Shown here: positions 36,974-45,290 of the stretch, piece after piece
Layout of the letters: each line of letters opens with the position of its first letter
Numbering within the stretch: position 1 is the first letter of the stretch
From: Candidatus Cloacimonadales bacterium
Lineage (GTDB): Bacteria; Cloacimonadota; Cloacimonadia; Cloacimonadales; JAIOQZ01
DNA: 64,000 nt
Direction: 5' to 3'
Assembly (NCBI GenBank): GCA_963674825.1
Contig: OY771587.1
Coordinates: forward strand, 2,592,001-2,656,000
Translations under genes and position numbers: made by a program
The notes under the pieces: generated by a model
What the model saw: only the letters and a program-made list of their open reading frames with translations
The model's database searches: none
What the model was told of the DNA's origin: nothing

Positions 36974-38964
36974 TGGAAAAGGTCGATATCGTAATCAACG
37001 GTAAGAAGACTACCGTCCCGAAAGACACCTACCTGCTGAAAGCGATCCAAAATGCCGGACTCACCGTTCCGACGCTGTGCCACCACAAGGATCTGACGCC
37101 TTCGGGCACCTGCCGTCTATGCGTGGTCGAGATCGAACAGAACGGGCGCAAGAAGATCGTGACGAGCTGCAACTATCCCGTTCGCAGCGAGATCAGCGTG
37201 GAGACCGACAGCGAGCGCATCAAGCAGCATCGCAAAGTCCTGGCTGAGATGTACCTGGGGCGCTGGCCGAACGTACCGGTTATCCAGGACGTAGCCAAAC
37301 GCTGTGGTGTGACCGAAAGCCGCTTCACCAGCGAGCTCACCGAAGAGAGCGAGAAAGCTTGCATCCTCTGCGGTCATTGCGTGCGGGGTTGCCATGAATT
37401 CATCATGGAAGACATCCTCGATTTTGCGGGACGCGGCATCAAGCGTCACCTGACGATGCCGTTTGGAGAGGTAGATCCGCATTGTATAGGCTGCACGAGC
37501 TGTGCCTATGTATGCCCGACCGGGGCGATCGAGGTTATCGACGATCTCCAGAATCCGGTCAATCCCAAGCTGATTCGCGACTACGGTATGCGTATCAACG
37601 CCGAGATGGCGACACTCGACCAGAACCAATGCCGCATGCGCGACGTTGGTACCGCCAACATTGTGGACGTGATGGACGCTTATGATCTTTTACCAGTGCA
37701 CAACTATAAGTTCGGTAAGCATGAAGAGACTTGGAAGATCGACTCTAAAATGCTGAAGAGAGAGTACTTTACACAGCAAATGCCTGATGGCTGCTGGAAA
37801 GGTTGCTCGATGGCGTGTGCGAAAGCGGTAGATGATTTTGAACTCAAGACCGGACCCTACAAAGGACAGAAAGTCTGTGTGGACGGACCAGAGTACGAAA
37901 CCGCGGCTGGTGCGGCAAATATGGGCTGCTTCGATGCTGACTTCCTGGTTGAATTCAACTTCTACTGCGATACGTACGGTGTGGATACCATCTCGGTGGC
38001 TACCTGTACGGCATTCGTGATGGAGGCGTTTGAAGCAGGCCAGATAACGACAGAACATACCGGCGGACTCGAGCTTAAATTCGGTGCTACCGACGAAGTG
38101 CTGGAGTTGTTGCATCAGATGGCGCGCGGCGAAGGATTTGGGGTGGATGTCGGGCAAGGTATCCGCTGGCTGAAAGAGAAGTGGGCTCGTGAGTACGGTG
38201 CCGACGCAGCGTTCCTGCAAGATATCGGTATGGAGGTCAAGGGCCTCGAATACTCCGAGTATGTTTGTAAAGAATCGCTGGCGCAGCAGATCGGATATTC
38301 CGCGGCTGTAAAAGGACCGCAGCACGACGAGGCCTGGCTGATTTTTATGGATATGGTCAACAACCAGATTCCGACATTTGAGGACAAAGCAGAAGCGCTC
38401 TACTACTTTCCGCTGTGGAGAACCTGGTTTGGTCTTCTGGGCCTGTGCAAGCTGATCTGGAACGACGTTGTTCCGGCAGACAACAGCAAATATGCACCAC
38501 CAGTAGCTGCGAAGGTTCCGGGGCATGTCGAGGACTTCTTTAAGTTCTTCGAAGGCATGACGGGACAACCGCTGGACGAAGAGAAGATGCTGGCGCAGTC
38601 GGCAAGGGTTCACAACCTTCAGCGGTTGATGTCACGCATGCTGGGCTATGGTACGAGAAAGGACGATATTCCTCCTTATCGCGCCGTAGGACCGGTTACC
38701 GAAGAGGAATTCCTTTCACGGCAGGATCGTTTCGATAAGCAGTTAAAGGAAACAATCGGCGTCGATCCCGAAAAGATGACGACCGAAGAGAAGATGAAGA
38801 CGCTACGAGAATATCGCATGCAGCAATACAACAAGGCTCTCGATGCCGTTTATCAGAGACGTGGCTGGACACCTGATGGTGTACCGACAGTCGAACGCCT
38901 GAAAGAACTGGGCATCGATATTCCTGAGCTGGTAGCAATCGCGAAGGATGATAAGACAGCCTGA
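36973..38964 (+). CDS. Fusion: HydA/NuoG-like N-terminal Fe-S module + aldehyde:ferredoxin oxidoreductase C-terminal domains
   Basis: PTLC...GTCRLC...SC, CILCGHCVRGC, CIGCTSCAYVCP; then LPVHNY, CWKGCSMAC, GPEYET, DTYGVDTIS, GLCK, Y..RGW..DGVPT.E.LKELGI. Confidence 0.92.
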   Translation: MEKVDIVINGKKTTVPKDTYLLKAIQNAGLTVPTLCHHKDLTPSGTCRLCVVEIEQNGRKKIVTSCNYPVRSEISVETDSERIKQHRKVLAEMYLGRWPNVPVIQDVAKRCGVTESRFTSELTEESEKACILCGHCVRGCHEFIMEDILDFAGRGIKRHLTMPFGEVDPHCIGCTSCAYVCPTGAIEVIDDLQNPVNPKLIRDYGMRINAEMATLDQNQCRMRDVGTANIVDVMDAYDLLPVHNYKFGKHEETWKIDSKMLKREYFTQQMPDGCWKGCSMACAKAVDDFELKTGPYKGQKVCVDGPEYETAAGAANMGCFDADFLVEFNFYCDTYGVDTISVATCTAFVMEAFEAGQITTEHTGGLELKFGATDEVLELLHQMARGEGFGVDVGQGIRWLKEKWAREYGADAAFLQDIGMEVKGLEYSEYVCKESLAQQIGYSAAVKGPQHDEAWLIFMDMVNNQIPTFEDKAEALYYFPLWRTWFGLLGLCKLIWNDVVPADNSKYAPPVAAKVPGHVEDFFKFFEGMTGQPLDEEKMLAQSARVHNLQRLMSRMLGYGTRKDDIPPYRAVGPVTEEEFLSRQDRFDKQLKETIGVDPEKMTTEEKMKTLREYRMQQYNKALDAVYQRRGWTPDGVPTVERLKELGIDIPELVAIAKDDKTA

Positions 38965-39565
38965 TCTGTTTAGTCGCAATGTGCCTGGCTCCACCGAAGT
39001 GCTTCAACGTGCTACGGTGGGGCTGGCGGGTTGCGGCGGACTTGGCTCCAATGTTGCCGTTGCGCTGATTCGCGCCGGGATCGGGAAGCTTGTTCTGGCA
39101 GATTACGATCGCGTCGAGCCAAGCAACCTGAACCGTCAGCACTACTTCCAATCCGATATCGGTAAACTCAAGACAATTGCCCTTGCTGAACACTTACAAA
39201 ACATCAATCCCGAAATTGAATTGAAATTAATCTCGAAAAAGCTTGCACCTTCGGATATTGCAGTAAACTTTGGCTCGGCTGACATCCTGATCGAGGCATT
39301 CGACAGGGCAGAGGCCAAGCAATGGCTGATCGAAGCCTGGTGCCGGCTGTTTCCCGATCGTCCGATCATAGTAGGGAACGGCATTGCAGGCTTGGGCGAG
39401 ACCAGCTCCATTAAGGTCCGGCAAATGGGCAACATCTGGTTCTGCGGAGACGGATGCAGCGACATGAGCATTGGACTGAGTGCGCCACGAGTAGGCATCG
39501 TAGCAATGATGCAGGCCAATGTGGCAATATCGATTCTTACAAAGGGAGTACATGATACTGGTTAA
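38948..39565 (+). CDS. thiF: Sulfur-carrier adenylyltransferase, ThiF/MoeB family (short type)
   Basis: GCGGLGSN, D.DRVEPSNLNRQ, EAFD.AE.K, APRV..VA.MQAN; overlaps the upstream gene. Confidence 0.9.
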   Translation: MIRQPDLFSRNVPGSTEVLQRATVGLAGCGGLGSNVAVALIRAGIGKLVLADYDRVEPSNLNRQHYFQSDIGKLKTIALAEHLQNINPEIELKLISKKLAPSDIAVNFGSADILIEAFDRAEAKQWLIEAWCRLFPDRPIIVGNGIAGLGETSSIKVRQMGNIWFCGDGCSDMSIGLSAPRVGIVAMMQANVAISILTKGVHDTG

Positions 39566-39752
39566 TGACCGAGATGAGGTCGAATTCCGGGATAACATGA
39601 CCGTCCAGGATGTTCTGGACGAAATGGGGTACGATTGGGCGCTGTTGACAGTTACCGTCAATGACACCTATGTTCCTCAGGAAGAATATCAACATTATCA
39701 GGTGCCTGACGGTGCTGATTTTAAAGCCATGCATCTCTTTCATGGCGGATGA
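39552..39752 (+). CDS. thiS: ThiS/MoaD-family sulfur carrier protein
   Basis: 66 aa ubiquitin-like pattern (MTVQDVL, VNDTYVP) ending in GG. Confidence 0.85.
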   Translation: MILVNDRDEVEFRDNMTVQDVLDEMGYDWALLTVTVNDTYVPQEEYQHYQVPDGADFKAMHLFHGG

Positions 39753-39933
39753 CCTGACAGTCATTCGTGTGGGGTTAGTTGAATCCTATGAAAACACATT
39801 CTTTTTCACTTGTACTTGATCGTAATCCACGAATCAATGCGCATTTCATGAGCGCTTTCGCCAACGAATAGCCCCAACTCTCTCATTCTATCCGACACTA
39901 CCAATCTACTTATACAACGGAGGAAGACTACAC

Positions 39934-41460
39934 ATGCAAGAATTCTTAACACGACTCGGCATCAAGGAAGTGAATCCTGGAGCTTATTGCGGACGCTGGC
40001 TGGACACACAGGGCGAAATGATCGAAGTGTACTCACCGGTTGATGATTCTCTGATCGCGAAAGTAAGATCCGCTACCGCGGAAGACTATGACACCGTTGC
40101 CAAAGAAGCGCAGGAAGCCTTCAAGGTATGGCGTATGATCCCGGCACCCAAGCGTGGTGAAATCGTGCGTCAGCTCGGTGAAGCACTGCGTGAGCAGAAA
40201 GAAGACCTGGGCAAGCTCGTTACGCTTGAAATGGGGAAAATTCTCACAGAAGGACTCGGCGAAGTCCAGGAAATGATAGATATGGCTGATTTCTGCGTGG
40301 GACTTTCCCGTCAGCTTTACGGCATGACAACCCATTCCGAACGCCCATACCACCGTATGTACGAACAGTGGCATCCTATGGGTGTAGTCGGCATCATCTC
40401 CGCGTTCAATTTCCCAGTCGCGGTGTGGTCATGGAACGCGTTCATCGCGGCTGTTTGCGGTGACACCATGATTTGGAAACCATCCTCATCAACTCCGCTT
40501 ACCGCCATCGCTGTACAGAACATTGTTCACAAAGTGCTGGAAGCAAACGATATCCCGAAAGGTATCTTTGGAATGGTGATCGGTCGCGGTAGTGTAATCG
40601 GTGAGAAGCTTATCAACGATCCGCAGATTCCGCTCGTTAGCGCAACCGGTAGCTGTGCCATGGGTAAGAGAGTTCATCAGGCTGCGGCAAAGCGCTATGC
40701 TCAGGTGATCCTCGAGCTGGGCGGCAACAATGCTGTTGTCGTGATGGAAGACGCCAATGTCGAGCTCGCTCTCAAGGCAGTGCTCTTTGGCGCAGTGGGA
40801 ACAGCCGGACAGCGCTGTACCTCCACTCGTCGCGTGCTGCTTCACGAAGACCTGCACGACAAGTTTGTCGAATCGCTCAAGAAGGCGTACAGCTCCGTGC
40901 CGATCGGCAATCCGCTGGACAGCAAGACACTTATGGGTCCGCTCGTCGATGGAGCTGCGGTCAAGGCGTACCAGAATGCAATCGAAAAGGTCAAGGAACA
41001 GGGCGGCGAGATCGTCTACGGTGGCGAAGTGATCGAATCCGGTGTGCCGGGTAAGCTCTATGTTAAGCCTACCATCGTGCTGGCGGAGAACGAATGGCAG
41101 ATCGTTCAGGATGAAACATTCGCTCCGATTCTGTACATCATCAAGATCAAGGACATCGACCACGCGATCGAGCTGCACAACGCGGTTCCGCAGGGTCTAT
41201 CATCCTCAATCTTCACCAATAATATGCGCTACAGCGAACGCTTCCTCTCGCATGCCGGTAGTGACTGCGGTATTGCCAACGTCAATATCGGAACTTCCGG
41301 TGCTGAGATCGGCGGTGCGTTCGGTGGTCAGAAAGAAACCGGTGGTGGACGTGAAGCCGGCAGTGATGCCTGGAAGGCCTACATGCGCCGTCAAACCAAC
41401 ACCATCAACTGGTCGACAGAAATTCCGCTCGCACAGGGTGTCAAATTCGATATCGATTGA
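39934..41460 (+). CDS. Aldehyde dehydrogenase, ALDH7 (aminoadipate-semialdehyde/piperideine-6-carboxylate dehydrogenase-like)
   Basis: PAPKRGEIVRQ, SAFNFPVAVW.WN, LELGGNNA, GTAGQRCT, ETFAP, GTSGAEIGGAFGG, PLAQG.KF. Confidence 0.93.
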   Translation: MQEFLTRLGIKEVNPGAYCGRWLDTQGEMIEVYSPVDDSLIAKVRSATAEDYDTVAKEAQEAFKVWRMIPAPKRGEIVRQLGEALREQKEDLGKLVTLEMGKILTEGLGEVQEMIDMADFCVGLSRQLYGMTTHSERPYHRMYEQWHPMGVVGIISAFNFPVAVWSWNAFIAAVCGDTMIWKPSSSTPLTAIAVQNIVHKVLEANDIPKGIFGMVIGRGSVIGEKLINDPQIPLVSATGSCAMGKRVHQAAAKRYAQVILELGGNNAVVVMEDANVELALKAVLFGAVGTAGQRCTSTRRVLLHEDLHDKFVESLKKAYSSVPIGNPLDSKTLMGPLVDGAAVKAYQNAIEKVKEQGGEIVYGGEVIESGVPGKLYVKPTIVLAENEWQIVQDETFAPILYIIKIKDIDHAIELHNAVPQGLSSSIFTNNMRYSERFLSHAGSDCGIANVNIGTSGAEIGGAFGGQKETGGGREAGSDAWKAYMRRQTNTINWSTEIPLAQGVKFDID

Positions 41461-41481
41461 TAAGATCAATTCATACGATAC

Positions 41482-41511
41482 AAGGGAATCCGAAAGGAAT
41501 CCCTTTTTTTT
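41482..41511 (+). terminator. Intrinsic terminator
   Basis: aagggaatcc-gaaa-ggaatccc followed by T8. Confidence 0.8.
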
Positions 41512-41529
41512 GTCAATGCTCCTATTAGT

Positions 41530-41571
41530 AGAGCCCTCACCCCAGCCCTCTTCCACAATTGGGCGTGGGAG
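41530..41571. repeat. REP-like CCCTCACCCCAGCCCTCT element
   Basis: agagccctcaccccagccctcttccacaattggg is near-identical to 57665-57705. Confidence 0.7.
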
Positions 41572-41593
41572 TATGGCATGTTTGTGTGCTGAT

Positions 41594-41695
41594 GGTATCC
41601 ACGCGCATATTCGCCCGATCCCTCACGCCGTGAATGAACACGCCTTCGTCGTGTAACACCACGGCTGGTGCGATCAAACGAATCTGCTGCGCGGA
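41594..41695. repeat. Long intergenic hairpin element, copy 2
   Basis: gcatattcgcccgatc...gccgtg/cacggc...cgaatctgctgcg shared with 57781-57883. Confidence 0.75.
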
Positions 41696-41740
41696 GGGTG
41701 TGTGGGATCTGAGTTTACTTCGAGTAGGGGAGTGATAAGA

Positions 41741-41770
41741 GGTGCAGAGCTGGAGCTCGGCGTACCCAGG
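41741..41770 (-). repeat. REP-like palindrome (CCTGGGTRCGC head)
   Basis: Minus strand reads cctgggtacgccgagctccagctctgcacc. Confidence 0.5.
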
Positions 41771-41772
41771 AG

Positions 41773-41807
41773 AAAAGAAAAAGCGACCCCTTTGAAGAGG
41801 TCGCTTT
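41773..41807 (-). terminator. Intrinsic terminator of the minus-strand gene cluster
   Basis: Minus strand: aaagcgacc-tcttcaaagg-ggtcgctttttctttt, 19 nt after the stop at 41826. Confidence 0.75.
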
Positions 41808-41825
41808 GTTGTATGCGAATGTTGT

Positions 41826-42950
41826 TTACTCGGAGATGATCTCGACATTGGCGCGGGGAATCATAACCCGTTCGCCGGTTTCGAGTTCGGCCTCGAGGAT
41901 ACGCACGAGGGTCTCTGATTCGACCTTTGTGAGTTCCTCAGGCATTGCGATGACCTTACCGATCTTACCGAAGTTGGGCTGGCGGATCACGCGTATGACC
42001 TTGCCGACTTCGATCATGGGCAGCTCGGATTCCTGCATTACAAGCTCGTCTTCCCTGAATTCGATCGGCCTGATAATCTCGGGGCGGATAACGCCGGCAC
42101 GAATCTGTGTGAAGCCGTGCATTGAGACGTTCTTACCCTGGAATCTCTTGAGCAGGTCGAAAGTCTTGTTTGCCATCTTGATCGGTCCGAAGCCTTCGGT
42201 AACCACGATGGTGAGTCCGATTTCTTCATGGCCTGTGATGGCGACACCGATGTCGTATCCGAGGAGCTTCTTGAGATCCTGGTCGTGGATACCGCCGGTG
42301 ATGATACCACTCACACCCACTTTCTGTGCTTTCATGATGACTTCGTAAGGCAGCATGGAGCCGGTAACAACGATTTTGCCTTTGTGGCTATCGTTGAGCA
42401 TGTCAGGCTTGAGGACTTCGTCGGCTGTGTTAACGACAACATCGATCTCGGCATTGATTTCGCCGCCGATACCGAAGATACCCTGGATGTAGGATGATTT
42501 ATTCTCGATAACGACGCCCTGCTCGGGGATAACCTCGACCACAACGCCATCGATGAACGCTTTGACTTCAACCGGGATACGCGGTTCGTTGAGAAGAACC
42601 TGGCCAGTGTGCCGGGAGATGCTCTGCACCTCACCCGCCGTGGGTGAGCGGACGGTAGTCTTGAACATACCGAGGAATCCGTTCGTCTGAGCGAGAATCT
42701 GGCCCTGGGTGATCTGGTCGCCTTCTTTCACTCTGAGGTATTGATCTACGAGCTGTGCCGTGACACCCAGCTTGTTCGCCAGGTTGATCGGGACAACTTT
42801 ACCCGGAAGCATGGTGACCGCGACGATCTGGTCGGCTTTGACCTTATCGCCTTTCTTGACCTTAACTTCGCCTTTCAACGGAAGGATTCGTTCTTTACGT
42901 ACGATGGTGCTGTCAGTTACGGCAAGTCCTTGCGAAAATGATTTTCCCAT
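41826..42950 (-). CDS. Conserved hypothetical protein (barrel-sandwich hybrid repeats, C-terminal KOW-like), partner of glmL
   Basis: V.VKKGDKV, VKEGDQI..GQILA, SPTAGEV, IQGIFGIGGE, TQIRAGVIRPE, VGKVIRVIRQPNFGKIGKV. Confidence 0.75.
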   Translation of the reverse strand: MGKSFSQGLAVTDSTIVRKERILPLKGEVKVKKGDKVKADQIVAVTMLPGKVVPINLANKLGVTAQLVDQYLRVKEGDQITQGQILAQTNGFLGMFKTTVRSPTAGEVQSISRHTGQVLLNEPRIPVEVKAFIDGVVVEVIPEQGVVIENKSSYIQGIFGIGGEINAEIDVVVNTADEVLKPDMLNDSHKGKIVVTGSMLPYEVIMKAQKVGVSGIITGGIHDQDLKKLLGYDIGVAITGHEEIGLTIVVTEGFGPIKMANKTFDLLKRFQGKNVSMHGFTQIRAGVIRPEIIRPIEFREDELVMQESELPMIEVGKVIRVIRQPNFGKIGKVIAMPEELTKVESETLVRILEAELETGERVMIPRANVEIISE

Positions 42951-42960
42951 GCGATCCTCC

Positions 42961-44853
42961 CTATTTCAGTATTTCTTCGGGGTACACATCAAGCTCACGC
43001 ATCCACTTCTTCAGAAGTCTACGACGCTCAGCATGATCGGTCGGCAGAACGAACGGATTACGGCCACGTGTATCAATCACGATACCCACGACGCCGCCCC
43101 AGAGGGTGGTTTCCAATTCCTGATTCTTACCGGCACCGATGTCGAGTCCCCGACCCGGTTTAAGTTTAGCTTTGGCGGTTTCGCCGACTCCACACGGAAT
43201 CAGGCGCATCTCGCCGAATGGAATGTCTTCTTTGAATGATTTTCCGCCGGGAAGCTCTATCTCGACGGTCAGTGCGGTTCCCTTGCCCTTGAAGGGGCCA
43301 ACCGGCGCGACGACGGTTCCGAGGTAGATCATACAGTCTTTGTCGAACACTTCGGTCGCAGCTTTTTCGCTGATCTCGGCCAGCACGCCAAGGTGCGGCA
43401 TCATGAAGATACTATCGACGCCAAGGCGGGTGATGCCTTCGGGAAGAAACGCGTCGATCAGCATAAGAACGGTCTGATTACGGCGCGGTGCGTGCGATGC
43501 CACACCACCGGAACCGACCAGCAGGTCGAGAGACATCATGTCAACGATGGTTCCGCCAGAGACGCTCTGGCTGAATGCTTCGGAGATTTCGCGCTTCTTC
43601 TGCGTACCCTTGAGGGTCACGGCAAATTCTTTGTGCTGCACGAATGCGAGCCGCAGCGCTTCCTTGGCGATCGCCTGCTCCAGAACCAGCTCTTCCAGCT
43701 TCTGCGGAATGGTGGTCGGGCGGATCATCTTGTTCTTGATCATGTTGCGCAGTTCGGATTCGTCGATATCGAGCGGAACCCAGCGCAGGATGTTTTCCAG
43801 ACCGGCGGAGGCGAGAACGTTGGAGATCGAGTAACTCATACCCAGGTTCGCGCTCACGGTACGGTTGAAGATGTATTTCGGTGGCTCGCCTTCTTTGACG
43901 TCTTTATCCTTGAATACGGAGAAAACGTCGGTGGTTGCGCCGCCAATGTCCACGCCCAGCACCTCGATGCCTTCATTACGGGCGATGGTTTGCATGATGT
44001 TACCCACAGCAGCCGGAGTCGGCATGATGGGGATATTCTGCAGCTTGCCGTCGAGCGGACCGCGGGTCCACTGCATCAGCTTGTTGTAGCCGGGGGCTTG
44101 CTGCATAACGTGCTCCATGAAAAGATCATGGATTTTGTCGCGCGCTGGTCCGAGGTTTTCCACTTCGAGAGTGGGCCGGATGTTCTCAGTAAGAATCAGG
44201 TCGCTCTTCTCTGCGAGCGTTTCCTTGATGATATCCTGCGCGTCTGTGTTACCTGCGTAAATAACCGGAAGCTTGTAGCTCGAACCGAGGCGCGGCTTGG
44301 GATCCGCGGCTGCGACGAGCTCTGCAAGCTCGGCAACATGCTTCGTGGTACCGCCATCGACCCCCCCCGCCATCAGGATCATATCTGGGCGCAGATGACG
44401 AATACGTTCAATCTTCTCGTAGTTGGCACGCTGATCGTTGCTTGCGATCAGGTCCATCACGATCGCGCCAGCGCCAAGCGCGGCACGTTCGGCACTTTCA
44501 CCCGTCATTCGGGCGACAACACCTGTTACCATCATCTGAAGACCACCACCAGCGCTACTGGTCGATACGTACGCATCGACACCAACATCGCCGTTACGAG
44601 GGATGATGATTTCTTCGTTCTCGATGAACTTGATGTTCTTGTTGCCATACTTGAGCTGCGCAAGCTCTTCAAGCTCCTGCACCGAGTTGATGACACCTTT
44701 GGTCACGTCGTTGAGCGGCGCTTCAACAGTCGTAGGCGCCTCACCGCGAACAGTCTGACGAAATTCGCCATCAACGTACTCGATGAGGATGGCTTTGGTC
44801 GTCGTACTGCCGCAGTCGGTGGCGACAATTCTCCGTAACTGCTCATTTGCCAT
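42961..44853 (-). CDS. glmL: GlmL/MutL-family (glutamate mutase L-like) ASKHA ATPase
   Basis: DCGSTTTKA, SSAGGGL, AALGAGA, L.GGVDGG, PTPAAV, DIGGATTDVFS, RTVSANLGMSYS, GSGG; ATG 44853 after SD ggag. Confidence 0.85.
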   Translation of the reverse strand: MANEQLRRIVATDCGSTTTKAILIEYVDGEFRQTVRGEAPTTVEAPLNDVTKGVINSVQELEELAQLKYGNKNIKFIENEEIIIPRNGDVGVDAYVSTSSAGGGLQMMVTGVVARMTGESAERAALGAGAIVMDLIASNDQRANYEKIERIRHLRPDMILMAGGVDGGTTKHVAELAELVAAADPKPRLGSSYKLPVIYAGNTDAQDIIKETLAEKSDLILTENIRPTLEVENLGPARDKIHDLFMEHVMQQAPGYNKLMQWTRGPLDGKLQNIPIMPTPAAVGNIMQTIARNEGIEVLGVDIGGATTDVFSVFKDKDVKEGEPPKYIFNRTVSANLGMSYSISNVLASAGLENILRWVPLDIDESELRNMIKNKMIRPTTIPQKLEELVLEQAIAKEALRLAFVQHKEFAVTLKGTQKKREISEAFSQSVSGGTIVDMMSLDLLVGSGGVASHAPRRNQTVLMLIDAFLPEGITRLGVDSIFMMPHLGVLAEISEKAATEVFDKDCMIYLGTVVAPVGPFKGKGTALTVEIELPGGKSFKEDIPFGEMRLIPCGVGETAKAKLKPGRGLDIGAGKNQELETTLWGGVVGIVIDTRGRNPFVLPTDHAERRRLLKKWMRELDVYPEEILK

Positions 44854-44894
44854 AGAGTCCTCCATTTATCTGAGAAATTATTCTATACTCTGGT

Positions 44895-45260
44895 TTATGA
44901 TTTCCGGAACAGCCTCTTGAAAAGCTGCTTCATTCTGTTCCTGCGCCGCTTTCGCATAAGTCGAGCCTTTTCGCGCTCTTCCCAATGCATTTCGTGATCG
45001 AGCCGCTCGATTTTCTTTAGCAGCATCTCGATATACTCGTCACGTTCGATCAACGCGGCAAATTCCTGATACTCTTTCGCTTGAAAGAGCAGTTCAGCGA
45101 ACGGCGCAACAAAATACAATGCCTGGCTGCCTAGAAAGTTCAAGGGCTTTAGGGACTCGATACTCATAATCGCTGGAGCTGCCATTTTGCGTTCCACGAT
45201 GAATTTAGCGTATCGATCCGTAAGTTCGTTCGCTCGTTCCTGAGAAATTTCAACTATCAT
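44895..45260 (-). CDS. Conserved hypothetical protein
   Basis: Clean ORF in operon position; PAIMSIESLKPLNFLGSQ motif; basic C-terminus. Confidence 0.65.
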   Translation of the reverse strand: MIVEISQERANELTDRYAKFIVERKMAAPAIMSIESLKPLNFLGSQALYFVAPFAELLFQAKEYQEFAALIERDEYIEMLLKKIERLDHEMHWEEREKARLMRKRRRNRMKQLFKRLFRKS

Positions 45261-45290
45261 AGCTATCCTTTGTCGTGTCAAGCAGAATGC

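Noticed and set aside
34540..37545. Inserted hydCBA-like cassette as a mobile element or intein
   Set aside because: No transposase, terminal repeats, target duplication or intein/Hint motifs seen at the junctions.
33808..38964. Reading the locus as a [FeFe]-hydrogenase, complex I nuoEFG or an aor pseudogene
   Set aside because: No H-cluster motifs and no other nuo genes; both AOR halves are in-frame fusions with intact cofactor motifs and coupled stop/start codons.
43393..44838. 481-aa plus-strand ORF
   Set aside because: Antisense shadow of glmL with no recognisable motifs; long shadow ORFs are common with this codon bias.
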